Shown here: in pieces, positions 1 to 14,600 of the stretch
Layout: each line of letters opens with the position of its first letter
Position numbering within the stretch: position 1 is the first letter of the stretch
Assembly: GCF_037042905.1 (NCBI RefSeq)
Contig: NC_087260.1
Span: forward strand, 2,356,001-2,420,000
Direction: 5' to 3'
DNA: 64,000 nucleotides
Source of the DNA: Lytechinus pictus
Taxonomy: Eukaryota
Translations under genes and position numbers: made by a program
The notes under the pieces: model-generated
Told to the model about the DNA's origin: nothing
The model's database searches: none
The model's input: the letters and a program-made list of their open reading frames with translations, nothing else

Positions 1-935
1 AATTCCTGGGATCCATGCTAGTATCATACTCACCAAATTATATGAGCCTAGGTTAAGTTAAATTGGAGTTATTGCGTTTACAAGGACTTAGAAGGGTAAG
101 ATGAAATCATGTCACTGTAACCATGACTTTTGACCTCAAAATCGATAGGCTTCCTGGGATCCATGCAAGTATCATACACACCAAATTATGAGCCTAAGTT
201 TCGTTAAAGGGTTACTCCGGGCTAAGAATATTTATATCTAAATAAATATAAGTAAAATTCACAGTGAGAGCAAAATGCTGAACATTTAATCAAAATCAGA
301 TAACAAATTATAACGAAGTTATTGAATTGTAAGGTTTAGCAATATTTTGTGAGAATGGTTACATCCATGTCATCATGAATATTCATTAGGTGGGCTGATG
401 ATGTCACATCCCCACTTTCCCTTTTCTTATGTTATTACATGAAATCATAATTGTTTCATTTTTTCATACATGTGTGAATACTGTGTCTACTTTATATTAA
501 AATAAGTTGCAGCAATGAATATCTTCTGCATTTAATTAGTTGTCAATCCAATTTGTTCAGTTCTCGGTAGAAAAAAATTTAAATAAACCTAATTTCATAT
601 AATAAAATTACAAAACAAGTGGGGATATGACATCATCAATTTGCTCATTGAATATTCATGAAGACATGCCGAGATTCACCAGAATAATGCAAATCTTTAA
701 AATGCCATAACTTTTTTATTCATTGTCCGATTTTGATCAAATTTTCAGTGCTTTGTTTGTCTGATTTTTCTTTATCTGTTTAAATCATATTATTTTCAGC
801 ATGGAGCATCCCTCTAAACTGAAGTTTAATGTATCGCGTTTACAAGGAAAAGTTAACGGATGGATGGACAGACAGAGACGGACATCGAGCGTGATACCAT
901 AATACATCCCATCTAGGACGAGCGTATAAAAAGCT
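1..935 (+). mobile_element. Non-autonomous Helentron/HINE-like repeat (3' part), interrupted by a MITE
   Basis: Internal ~150-bp tandem units with tgacttttgacct, a ggac/agac microsatellite, then a short 3' stem-loop (atacatcccatctaggacgagcgtat) and A-run; classification is by architecture only. Confidence 0.4.
208..813. mobile_element. Kolobok/T2-type MITE family A
   Basis: TTAA|AGGG...CCCT|CTAA ends, long imperfect internal inverted repeats; related copies at 35148-35617 and 60574-61175. Confidence 0.7.
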
Positions 936-1164
936 GGCAAACAATCACTATTTTTCATGCAATTAGCTCATTGTCCAGTTTTGTAACTGTGTATCCTGAA
1001 AAAGATGTGTGAGAATCCACAAGAGTAATGAAAGTTTTCAAGAGCTGCACATGTTACAATTTGACCACATAACCCCTTCCCAATTTAAGCATCTTTAATC
1101 ATGGGTCTGTCACATAAAACTTTCCTGTACTTCATGATTCTGACTGACTGATGAGCAATGGTAG

Positions 1165-1670
1165 TTATTGTACAACGCCTACTTAGCTTGTTGTACGCGA
1201 GCAAATGGGAGGCTGAATGTCAAACATTCGTACCGTTGAACACAAGACGTACCATCCAAAATGTACCATTGCACGGCTTTAGGAGGTGACGTCACAATAC
1301 GATTTAATTAATTGCGCTCAGTAAAAATGAAGATGCAATACGCGTATAAGCTTGCTGGCTAAATGCGCAATGCTGCCCAAGGTCATGTGCGCTTGTGGGA
1401 TTTTGCTTTTCGCTTTCAGTATTTTTGCTTCCTTTTCATAGATTACTACAGGAAAAAACTCTTGGTTTTTTCATATTTTCCCTAACTTCTGAGGCTTTGT
1501 ACAACACAAATAGCGAATATTCTTATTCGTGCAATGGTGCTAGATTTCGCATTCGGTGAAAGAAAGAGACGCTCTATTCATCTCGGCTAACGCCTCGTTG
1601 AATAGAGCATCTTTCTTTCACCTCATGCGAAGTCTCTCACCATCGCACTCATGCCTATTCGCTATTTGTA
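1165..1670. repeat. Non-autonomous DNA-element-like repeat with ~165-bp terminal hairpin
   Basis: acaaatagcgaata...gctctattca tctcggctaacgcctcgt tgaatagagc...tattcgctatttgt stem-loop at 1506-1669. Confidence 0.45.
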
Positions 1671-2529
1671 TACCATCGCAAGTAGTAAAAGCTGAAATAT
1701 TTAGGAAGACTTACAATATGGAAGACATTCTTGGCAACATGTCTGAGCATTCCTGGGAATGTCGGTCGGAGGTATTCCTGGATATGAGACGGCCATGCTT
1801 TGTACTTCGTATCACTCTCAAGATCATTGATGTACTGTCAAGAAAGTAATGAACAACGTTACTTTCATAGTATCATTTCATTTCTTTTCATTTCATATCT
1901 TACATTCACTTTCATTTCTTTTTATTCAAATTTCAATTTCAGTTCCAATTTCAATTCATTTCTATTTATTTTCATTTCATATCTTACATTCATTTTCATT
2001 TCATTTCAAGTTTCAATTTTGATGTAGGTCAAAGGTATTCTTAAATACGAGACGCCCAAGCTGTGTACTTGTTATCACTTTCCATATCAGTCATGTACCG
2101 TGAAAAAAGTAATGCACTAAATTTCATTCACTTATTTTCATTTCAATTTCAAATTTTATTTCATTTCATTTCAATTCATTTCATTTATTTTTATTTGAGG
2201 TGTTATATTAATTTGGTTTCATCTCATGAAATTAGCTTCAAAGTCACCAAACTAATACATCCTGTTCATGATAAAAGAGAATACGTTGGTTTTAAGGAAG
2301 AACAAATTGTAGCATAAGAAAAAGGGACAAAATATGGGTCCAAATAAAAACCCTGAGTTTATTCAATTCATCCATTTTTTCATGAGCATACAAAAAAGTA
2401 CTCTTTCAAAAAACGATAAAAACTGAAATTTGACCATTCTGACCAGAATCACTCTTAATATTCTTCAACTGAAAATCACACAGTGCAGTTGTTTTGCCAT
2501 GCCTGTTTACATGTATGTATGATACTCAC

Positions 2530-2616
2530 AATGACTGCATTATCTCTGATGTCTACAGCATAACTGTCTTGCAATGACTCTATCTTGGTTTTCATAACAT
2601 CTGTCAGGCTATTACC
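2530..2616 (-). CDS. UGGT: UGGT coding exon 10 (GNSLTDVMKTKIESLQDSYAVDIRDNAVI)
   Basis: CAG acceptor, GTGAGT donor, 87 nt. Confidence 0.92.
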
Positions 2617-5600
2617 CTGAAAAGAGAAAATGAGGAAATGATTAAATTCCAAACAGAACAAGTACACCTCCATCCAAAATATTTAAAATATCACTGCTGT
2701 GCTAGGAGAATCAGTCAGTCCGCAAGCCACTGTGTTAATGAGCAAATGAGCAAGATTTATTCAAGTCCTTTCGTGGCTGAATTCATGTCCCTGCAAAATC
2801 TTGTGAATTGTGAGACTTTCTTTCTCAAAGAATTTAACCACTTTCTCCTTGAGTAATATTGATTATTTTTGTACCATGGGCAAGAGTAAATGTTACCCTT
2901 TTATATTGGTCATTTCTTTTGAATGAAATATTTTGATAAATAAGTGAATTTTTTACCTGAAAAGATGCATCAAACAGAATTTTCTTCCTCTGTTTTCACT
3001 TGCAAATTGTGTAACATTTTGTGTTTTAGGCACCAACATTATTTATATCATCAGAAAGCTCAAACTCTATACTTTCTTACAATGTCACTCTTGATATGTG
3101 GCATCTTTTAGATGGGTCAGCAGCCAGTTATATCCATCAAGATGCAAGACGAGATTTCTGAAATTTCTGAGTAACATAAAATCCAGAGTTCTGATTGGCT
3201 GAATACTATTTTCAAAACAAACAGGCGCGGGTAATTTGAAGAGATTACCACATGGTGAGTGTGACCTTGCAGAGGCCCAGTGTGGGGAACATTGGAATTT
3301 GCGTGGGTGTGTGGTCTATGACCAATCAGAGTGCAGTATTCTTGTTTTTGAGCTGCAAAATGTACTTGGTCTATGAAAAGCTGGCTGCTGACCTATCTAA
3401 AATACATCTTCTTATAAAAAATATATCATATTAAAGCTTAGATCTTCAGCTTAATCATGATTAAAAAATCATTTGTGCCTAAACAGAAATTAAGTGTGAA
3501 AACAACAACTTTTGTTGCATGAAAAAAAATATTTTGTTTCATGTTTTAGATCAAAAGTTTTTCCTATATTACAACATTCTTTAAAAAATCCAAACACATG
3601 ACCTAAAAGAATGATTCTTCTTCTTTACAAAGATACCAAAAACATGAAATTTGGTCAATATTTAGAGCAGCAATGGCCGAATAAAAAGAGGTGTTTTGGT
3701 TCGCACCAAGCTCATTAACTATGCAAAAACCCTCTTGTCATGAATATCACTTGGATAAAAGAAGCTACTTTTTCAGGGCTTGCGGACTGACTGGAATAGA
3801 TCTAGTTTTTTCTTATGCCTTCTCCCAGTTACGTTCATTATTTATATTTTTTTCTTTAAAAGCGGCTTTTTTGAGCACTTGCATACTTATGAATTCAAAA
3901 ATTCAATGTGAGAAAGCTGCATGTTCCACACCCATTCAATACTTGTGAAGTGGTTTGATATAAAAGAAAATAAAAAGACCCGTTCAAAGTAAATGTTCCT
4001 GTAATATCATAAATACATCCATTTAAACATGTCACTTGATGTCATATCATCCATGCAAACACAGTTTTTGGACAGATGCATTAATATAATGTAGTAATAA
4101 ACAGGAACAGAGAAAGACAAATGAAAGTAATTTACCTAGCCTGAACAGAGAGTAAAAAATCATTCAAAGTATTACCTGTACACCAAGCTGATGGAGACCT
4201 TCTAAAAGCTTTCCTTCTGCTTTCAACAAATCAAGAAGCCTATCAAATACAAAATTATGAATATTCCATAACTCATTTAAAATAATAAAATCACAACGGA
4301 TATTTAATTAGGCCTGTTGGGACAAACTGCAATCATGTAGCAATTTGATCCTGATCGGGGGGGGGGGGGGTGAGGATGTGTTATGTGGAACATTATGACC
4401 TTCACACTCATTATCAACATATTTCTTCACCACTTTCTGTTTTCTCTCTACCTCACTCAATTTTCTCTTTCTATTTGGAGATCATACCCCCTCTCTCCCT
4501 CTCTTTCTTTCCATTACTCTCATTTCTCTCTCTCTCCCTTCCTCTCTCTCCCTCTTCGAAGCCCTTTGCTTATTTATCTCTTCCTCTATCTCCTATTAAT
4601 GAGATATATCCTTTAATTGGATCTAAGTTTTGATATATAATACTGTAATTTTGATCATTTGCTTTGTTATATTGTATTTCATGAATTTTTATAAATCGAC
4701 CCTTTCAGCATGTTCTGCTGGTCAATTTTTATGTGCATACTGTATATACCAATAAATAATAATAATAATATGAATATTGTGCAGTGAAAAGTTTAAACTG
4801 AGCCAGAGCTATAATCAGTATAGGGCTAAATGATTTAGTTTGAAACAGAAAAAAAGGGAACTTTAATCGGCATTACAAGCTTTAGCTCTATAAAGCCCGG
4901 CACAACCTAATCCATTTGCAATGATCCCATTTCCGAAAAAAAAAGAATGTTGAACTGTCTAATCTGCAATGATCTTGTGTAGATGTATATCTCAATGATC
5001 AATGTCCACAAGAGTGGTATGAATGTCAAAATTGAATTCCATACTATTGCAAGCCTCCCAGTAGTAAAAAAAAAAAATAACTCAATCCCAGATTACATCA
5101 GTAGTGTTGCCATCAGCTGAGAAATGAAGCCAATTTAGACTATTATCTGACCATCAGGCTTGCGTTATTTCAGTAACCTTTAAAAACACCTTCTATTTAA
5201 ACTTTCATCTTTAAATTGCAAAATCCAATTTTGTTAAAAGTCAGGTTGATTTATTAACCGGTTTGAAACTATATCAGTATAATACACATTTTCCACAGAC
5301 CCCTCCTGAATTATATCAGGAACGATATGGCTCAATGGCCAAAATTAATAAAGGTGGTTTTGAATCTGTTGTTTGAAACCATGGTAATGCAGATTTCTTG
5401 ATCAATTGATTTTGCTTAATTCAGCAAATATAATGAGAAAACATTGAATAGTGAATACATACTTTTTATAACAGTGCATTAAATTTAGTCTAGTTAATTT
5501 ATTTACAGTACTGATGAGCCCACTATAATGAGAACATTGTGTGTTATCCATGGCGAAGAAGAGTGTAGTGGTTTCACAGTACAGCGCCATGCATTCTTTC

Positions 5601-8600
5601 TTGGACATAAAGTATGTTTGTCCTGAAAAGGACCATCAAAAGTCACAATGTGTGTGTTGATGAACTCCTAATTAATACATGAACCTTTAATAGTAATTAG
5701 CATCAATTCAGCATACTGTGGAAAAAAAATGCATTCACTATTATTGGAAAATGTCTCAACATATGCAATAAACTAGGCGTAAGGGAGGCAGCGTAGCTCA
5801 GTGGGTTAGAGAGCCTGTTCTGGATAAGATCGTAGATCTCAACGTGCATGGGTTCGAGTCCCGCAGCATGCCCGAAGACGTCTAACAAGAAATCTGATGC
5901 TAGCGTTGTGTGTTAGCGTGCCTCAACGCTGTGTTCAGTGCGGGTGTGAATGCAGTTGGAAAACACTCCGTCCATCGGAAAGGACGCAAATATTGGTCCT
6001 ACATGTATGTATAGGAGAGTCACAACCTATGCACGTTAAAACCAATACACTATTCGTCAAAGAGTAGGGTGTTCACCCGGTGTATTGCACCTGCCAGTCC
6101 CCGGTACTACAATGCTGCAAGAATCTTCAGGATTGAAGGAGGCAGTCAGTGTAGCTTGAAACCTTATCAATGCAAAAAAAAATGCCATGATTTGAAACTA
6201 CAGATATAAAACCACCTTTGTGAATTAATGGGTTAGAAAAAAAAGGAAAACTCATATACTTACATAAAAGGATCAGCTACTTCTGTATCAATGACCAAAC
6301 CATTCACCATGATGATAGCTTCTCCTTGATCTGTGTTATGATTCATCCCAAATAACTGAGGAAAAACAAACATTTCAAAAGGGGATAATTTGATTCATCT
6401 CAACAACCGAGGTATAAAATAGACATTTTCTGTTATGGTAACTCCAGTAGGAACTCGGCGAGACAGCCTTTTTTTTATAAACCATTAACTAGGAAACATA
6501 TTTCCAAGTTAATCATACACAGTGGCTGATCAAATCGGAGGCAATAGAAGAGCAGGGATTTGAACTCACAACCTTTAAGATCATGTGTCCAATGCTCTAA
6601 CCACTAAACCACATAATGTGTTTTAAAGCCACATGGGAAGCATGACAACATTCAAATACCAATCATCCTGAGTGGAGGGTGAGGCCACTGAGAAATTGCC
6701 TAAGGATAAAGTCATCAACCCACTTTCCCAGGCCAGACAGTTCACCAACACCATGCAGGCTTGGAAGAAAAAATTTCTGGCTGGTACATGTACATCAATT
6801 TTGCTTTACCCCCATAGAAGTGTCTAAAACAGGAATTTCCAATGCTTTTCACAAAGATCAGGGTCAGCGAATAACAATCCATGGCCCATAGAAGCAGACG
6901 CCAATATCAAGAAAACAAAGGCAGAGACTTTGTAACTCTCCTAAATTTGTTCATATGCTTACTATTACCATTACCATACATTCTTGCCATTAGCAGTCAC
7001 CACTACATTACCGTTTACAATTACCGTTACATTACCACTACCATCACCAAACACAATTACAATTCACCACAACACTACCATTAACAATTACCGTTACATT
7101 ACCACTACCATCACCAAACAAAATTTTAATTCACTACTATTTATAATTACTGTTACATTACCACTACCATCACCAAACACAATTTTAATTCACTACTATT
7201 TATAATTACTGTAACATTACCACTACCATCATCAAACAAAATTACAATTCACCAGTACACTACCATTTACAATTACCTTTACATTACCACTACCATCACC
7301 AAACACAATTTTAATTCACTGCTATTTATAATTACTGTTACATTACCACTACCATCACCAAACACAATTACAATTCACCACTACACTACCATTTACAATT
7401 ACCGTTACATTACTACTACCATCACCAAACACAATTTTAATTCACTACTATTTATAATTACTGTTACATTACCACTACCATCATCAAACAAAATTACAAT
7501 TCACCAGTACACTACCATTTACAATTACCGTTACATTACCACTACCATCACCAAACACAATTTTAATTCACTGCTATTTATAATTACTGTTACATTACCA
7601 CTACCATCACCAAACACAATTACAATTCACCACAACACTACCATTTACAATTACCGTTACATTACTACTACCATCACCAAACACAATTTTAATTCACTAC
7701 TATTTATAATTACTGTTACATTACCACTACCATCACCAAACACAATTTTAATTCACTACTATTTATAATTACTGTTACATTACCACTACCATCATCAAAC
7801 AAAATTACAATTCACCAGTACACTACCATTTACAATTACCGTTACATTACCACTACCATCACCAAACAAAATTTTAATTCACTACTATTTATAATTACTG
7901 TTACATTACCACTACCATCACCAAACACAATTTTAATTCACTACTATTTATAATTACTGTAACATTACCACTACCATCATCAAACAAAATTACAATTCAC
8001 CAGTACACTACCATTTACAATTACCTTTACCAGTCCTTCACGTTTATAATTTCGTGGAGCTCAATAAATCGCTCTCCTTATTTTTCTGAGGAGCTCAATT
8101 GAGCTCCTCAGAATCGCTTTCCGTGAGGAGCTCAAATCAATTCATTACAATACATGTATGATAAATTGTAGATTTTTCTTAACATTGTATATATGCAGTA
8201 GCTATGTTAGCTATTAATTAATCTGTGGTGAAACTAGGCCTGGGTCACGTCAATACGTTTACAAGATGTCGTATGCGCTACTGCTAAAAAAAAATTATTT
8301 AAAAAAAATTGAAAAAAAAAAAAAAAAAAAAAAAATTGCTAAAATTTTACATTTTACACCTTTAAATATTTGAAATGGCCTTCTTTTTTCCATAATACCT
8401 TGAAATTACTTTGATTTAGTTGAAAACTATCAGAAAAATGAAGAATATTCACCTCTTTCCCGACTCTGATTTGAACTTACCTCGGTAAATATTGTAGTCC
8501 CACATGTAGACTTTCATGGTGCTGCCATGAAAATCTACATATGGGACTACATGGGACTGCAAATATTTACCGAGTTTGAATTAAAATCAGAGTCGGGAAA

Positions 8601-11600
8601 GAGATGAATATTCTTAATTTTTCTGATAGTTTTCAACTAAATCAAAGTAATTTCAAGGAATTATGGAAAAAAGAAGACCATTTCATAGATTTAAAGATGT
8701 GAAATGTGAAATTTTAGCAATTTTTTTTTTCATTTTTTTTTTTTTTTTTTTTTTTTTAGGAGCGCGATTTTTTGCTCTCCTTATTTTTTTTAAGGAGCGC
8801 GGTAGGAGCGCCGGCGCGATCGCGCTCCTCAAAAATGAAGGTCTGCTTTACATTACCACTACCATCACCAAACACAATTTTAATTCACCATTTATAATTA
8901 CTGTAACATTACCACTACCATCACCAAACACAATTACAATTCACCACAACACTACCATTTACAATTACCGTTACATTACCACTACCATCACCAAACACAA
9001 TTTTAATTCACTACTATTTAAAATTACTGTTACATTACCACTACCATCACCAAACACAATTACAATTCACCACAACACTACCATTTACAATTACTGTTAC
9101 ATTACCACTACCATCACCAAACACAATTTTAATTCACTACTATTTATAATTACTGTTACATTACCACTACCATCACCAAACACAATTACAATTCACCACA
9201 ACACTACCATTTACAATTACTGTTACATTACCACTACCATCACCAAACACAATTTTAATTCACTACTATTTATAATTACTGTTACATTACCACTACCATC
9301 ATCAAACAAAATTACAATTCACCAGTACACTACCATTTACAATTACCGTTACAATACCACTACCATCACCAAACACAATTACAATTCACCATTACATTAC
9401 CATCACCACGATTTAAGATTCATTGGTACACACCATTACCACTCATAATAACCATTCATCATTATTTTGACATTACCAATCACAAATAAATTACCACTAC
9501 CATTTACAATTACTATTACCATACTACCAATTCCAACTCACTTTCTGGTTCTCCTTTATTTCCTTCTGGACCTCATTCTTCACCGGCGTTCTGATCAAGG
9601 AACGAGCTAGAAGAGGAAAGTTCTGGCTGATATCCGTCAACACCTGAAGAGCGTTCTCTGAAGGGGTGGACAGTACCCGCTGCGCTGCCTGATAGGCGAT
9701 GTCTGATAAAGAAAAATTCAATTCAATTTGAAATAATGATAATAATAATAGGCAACATTTATAGAGCGCTTAGTACAATTTCCAAGAGCTGCATACTATT
9801 ACCCTGGGTTTAGCATGGCTATCCATGTACTACACCTGGGTGGAGAGCAGCAAATGTAAATAAATGCCTTGCCAAAGGAAACGAGTGCTGCGGTTGGATT
9901 TGAGCCCCGAACCTTGTGGTTCAAAGTCCAGAGACTGATCCACTGATCCACAATACCTCTACAGAATTAGTTACTTGAAGTGCAGCATGTAGCCAAATTA
10001 CAAAAATTGTTGACAATAAGATACAATGACCTAATGTAGTATAACATGACTTATGATTGCATGATACAACATAACATTACATGAAAATCAGGGTAGAAGA
10101 TAATTTTGATATTTAGGGGGTTATTTTTTGGCTTCATCAGAGCGACTGGTGGATTTTAGGAACTATTTTTTTTTACATTTCAAGGGCTACTTGTTTTCTC
10201 ATCGAGCAATGATGTTGCAAATGCCTATCTCATTATTCTGCTGTAAAAAAATTGATTTTGTATTTTATTCTTGAATATTGTTTGTGGCAGATCTTGGGGA
10301 AACTTTAGAAAAGATATTCGTCCCAAAGCATGCCATTTTGCACATTTTAGGGGTTGATTTGGGTTGTCATAAGGGCGATATTGAATGTCACCACCAAGTA
10401 CTTCCTAGATTTCAAAAATCTGGAGTAAAAACCTGGACCAGTCATGCAGAAACGTTGTTAGTGCTAACAATGTGCTAACAGAGGCCCTGTTACAACCAGT
10501 AATGTCGCAGCGATGCCTAATGTCACAGTAACACGTCTATTTTACATCTTCAGAGCTGCCAAGTTGTATTTTGCATTTTCAGTATTCTTATCCCCCAAAA
10601 TCAGTATTTTGACAAAAAATCAGTATTTTTACCGTGTGAGATAAATATGCATGCATAATGGCAAAGTTCGATCACTTCTTACATTTGCGCCCCACACGTA
10701 AACAATTGTGTTGAAGACTGAACACTCCACAATGAACTTAACACATCAAAGTCAGACCTGCCAACCTCTGGGAATGAAAAACTGTATTCTGTGATAAAAA
10801 AACTGTATTTTTCCCCCAAAAAAGTGTATTTCATAACAAAATGCTTGGCGCACTCGCTCATCGCGGCGCTCAAGCTGCATGCAAGCTAAAATGCGCACTG
10901 CTCTTGCAGATGAAAAAAAAACCATTAAAACATCTTCACCCTGGTTTTAACAAAATGATTGAAAAAAAAAAAAGTTACCTGAAATTACATTGATCTAATA
11001 ACCATATTTGTGTACGTTTTATGAAATAGAGACATATAGAGATTATTATTTTTCTTTTTTTACAAAAAACGTATTTTTCAAAGAAAAAACGTACTGCCGT
11101 ATTTTGGTTGCAAAAACGTACTAAATACGGCTAAAACGTACTGGTTGGCAGGCCTGCATCTTGGATCAACGTGTGATACCACAATCTGAAAAATATGACT
11201 AGGCTCACTGTTAGTTCTCTGTTAATAATGAATAATAATAATTACATTTATACAGCGCTTATACATTGCAATTATTATTACCCCAGTCATCGGATCCTGG
11301 CATGCCCGCACACAATGTATGTACTTTCTCCACTCCCTGGGGAGCATTCCAACAAGAGTTCCAAGACTCAATCGCTAGGCATACTACAGAGGCTTTCTCA
11401 TACCGGTACCCATTTAACACCTGGGTGAAGAGTGGCGAAGTGTGGATTGACGCCTTGCCAAAGGATGCTAGGCCGTGGTGGAATCCGAACACACAACCCT
11501 CTGAATACAAGGCGAGAGTCAGAACCGCTACAGCACGACGCTTCACAACAATGTTTCTGTATGGCTGTTGCAAGTGTGAAATAACCCAGTTAAAATTAGG

Positions 11601-14600
11601 GTTATAGAATTGAAATAATGTGCAAAACATAATTCAGAACAAAGTCATTTGGGATCATCTCACCTTGTAGTTGCCATACTTTGAGGGGCTCCATTATATT
11701 GGTGTTGTCCACCAAATGCTGTTTGAATTGAGTAAGCTCCTCGGTCAAATCCGGGTGGAGTTCCCTAGCACAAAAAGAAAATATAAAATTAACATTCCTT
11801 TCCATACAGTCATTTACTGAAGTAAGATAATGTAGGACTTTGTTTTGATGACATCTTAAATAAGTTTCCTTCGACCTCTCATTTTATTTGTCTATTCATC
11901 TCATGCTTTGCATTTTGTATTTCTTTCCCTATCTTTAACACTGAAAGGCATTAAATAACATTGATTGGACTTGCAATATTCTGAGACGCTAGGTCTCATT
12001 CACCTGTGTCTGTGATGTGTTGTACAAATGAAGCCGTTTAAAAAAAAATGCTCCCCAAAATTATTATCTAGTGCTTCAAAAAAGTGAAAATTAAAGTGGC
12101 CGGAAACATCATCCCAATTTAATTCCACAAAATAACATGAATTACATCATTCTCCCTGGGAGATTTATTGAACGGTGACTTTTCAGACACATATATCTTG
12201 AAGGTATGGGCACAAATTTGATTTTGTTTCCACCTTTTCCTTGCTGATTTTTACCAAATGAACTAGTGCTGTTATCGATCACCTCTTTATTGCTAGTCTT
12301 GTCGATAATCGCTTGTTTTTTGCCACCTAGCGATATCGATAACATTTCTCTCGTTGTCGATAATACCTGCTATTATGTACGGACATGACTGTGATTACGG
12401 AAAACAGACGGAATTCACGGAAACGGCCTTTTGAAAGTGGCTTTTTAATCAGAAAATCACGAAACATATTTTTCCTCAAAATGCACAGAACAGCAACAGA
12501 AATCACTCTAAAGTCTGAACAAAGTACGAATAATTACTAGCCACAAAACACGATCTCACCACACTATAATCATGACAATCCAAACATCATGACTGCACTT
12601 GACTCCATTCGGAATGTATCGAAACATTCACAAGCGCAAGCTCAAGTTTAGTGAAGTACCAACTAACCAACTAGAAGGCAGCACATGGCCGTGTGTTGCT
12701 GCCCTCTACGTTCGAAAATGTACAGCACGATATAAAAATGGCGGATAGGCGAATGTCGTTGACTGCTCAGAACAATGTCCAAAAAAACCCAAATTATCGA
12801 GAAAACTTCATCCAACCCTAAAATAAGGCTAATAACGTGAAAGGTGAAGATGTATTTATGCTAATTTATATGTTTGTTAAAAGATGTTATGTAATCGTTT
12901 GAATCCAGTGAACGCGGATTTTAAAGCGTTCTTGGTATAGTGGCAGATACAAATTTTGACCAACGCAAGTATTGTGACAATGCTATATTCATGGAGCAGT
13001 AGCTCCATGCTATAATGCATAAAAAATGCGTATTGATTATGATCTTTTGTCGATAGTTATCGATATCGGTAAGATATATTTAGTGAAATATATCAACAGA
13101 GAATTTTCTTACCAATAACAGCACTAATATGAACAATATCAAATACAACACACACCAAGATTAGGGATATTTTTTGGAAATAACATCTTTGGAATGTAAG
13201 TTTTAAACAATGGCTAACAAAAGTCAAATTCCTCAATATCAAGATGCCCTCCAGAACATGGGACCAATAACGCACTCAATTACTAAACAGAAATAAAGCC
13301 TTACTCACTTCAGTTTACTGAAGACAAATCCCTCGATTTCATCCGGCCCATCATCAACACTGGCTTCAGTCTTGGCAGAGCCGTCTTTGTTCTCATCTTC
13401 ATTCACTGCTTTGTATTCCGTGCTCTTGATGGCCAGTTCCACACCATAACCAGAAAGACGAACTTTGACCCCAGAAGATTCCTAAATGACAATTCACAGG
13501 TTAGCAAGTAAACGTTCATAAAGGTAATATGGTTTTTTTTTAATGAATTCACTGCCAGAGGCTGAATTGCAGAATCTTTGACAATACAAACAAGATAATC
13601 AATCCCATAATTAGATAATACTCACTGAATTAAAAGAGTAATAGTTTTTTAAATGGCTTACAACGTAGATGAGTAACTTTGACCTTGACCTTAAAAGACA
13701 TTATTCATGGAATATCGTTTGTAATATCAAACAACCATAATATTGTAAGTTATTACAGTTAATTTGATTATCCTACTTCTTAAGCATTTTCAGTAAACTG
13801 ATTAAAAATTACTTTTGACCTCGACCCAGTGGCCTACCAATTATGGCATCTGATATTAACACTAAGTATTCAAGTTTACAAAACAAGGACCAACCATTCA
13901 AAAATTATCTTAAAAATTAAAAATGTTTAACTTTTGTTATAATAATATAATAATGCAGTTCTTGTATAGCGCATATCACATCATGTCATAACGTCCCTAT
14001 GCGCTTCAAAAGGTCTTGGATATTATTATTTGTTTTTGGTTGAATTCTGAAAGTTGATATCATTTTATTGACCCCGAATGAGCTTGGAACATGTGACTTG
14101 AAAATACACTCGCCCACAGGATTTTTAAAATGATCTCCAAAAATTAAAAATATTAATCTAGGTTCAGTGTGTTGATACCATGATATGGTCAAATTTCATT
14201 GACCCTAAATGACCTTGATAATGCGACCTGAAGATTGTGCTAAATGATAAGTGAGTTTTGTGAAATAGGTCCACCTCCTTTTCCAAGTTTCGAGGTCATA
14301 AAAAAATTAAACTTTGTTAAGATTTGATGTTGATGACACTGTTGCCGCATCGCTGTATCTCGCTCCTGCTATGCAGGCAAGACAAAAATGGACTCTTACC
14401 CTTTGGTAATGTCTAAAAACATACTGGATATCTCCAGAGGCAGCTTTACTTGCGAGGGCTTTGTGGAATTCTGCAACATTTGACTTGTAATCACTTATGT
14501 CACCGTACAAGACTGCCACCACTGATCCATTAGATGATCGCTTATACTCATGATCAACTTTAAAGATGTCAGGTTTACGCCTGATGTAAAAACAAAAACA

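Noticed and set aside
8663-9448. 261-aa ORF with Thr/Ile/His-rich repeats
   Set aside because: Starts inside a MITE and runs through a G-poor minisatellite that has few stops by composition; antisense within a UGGT intron
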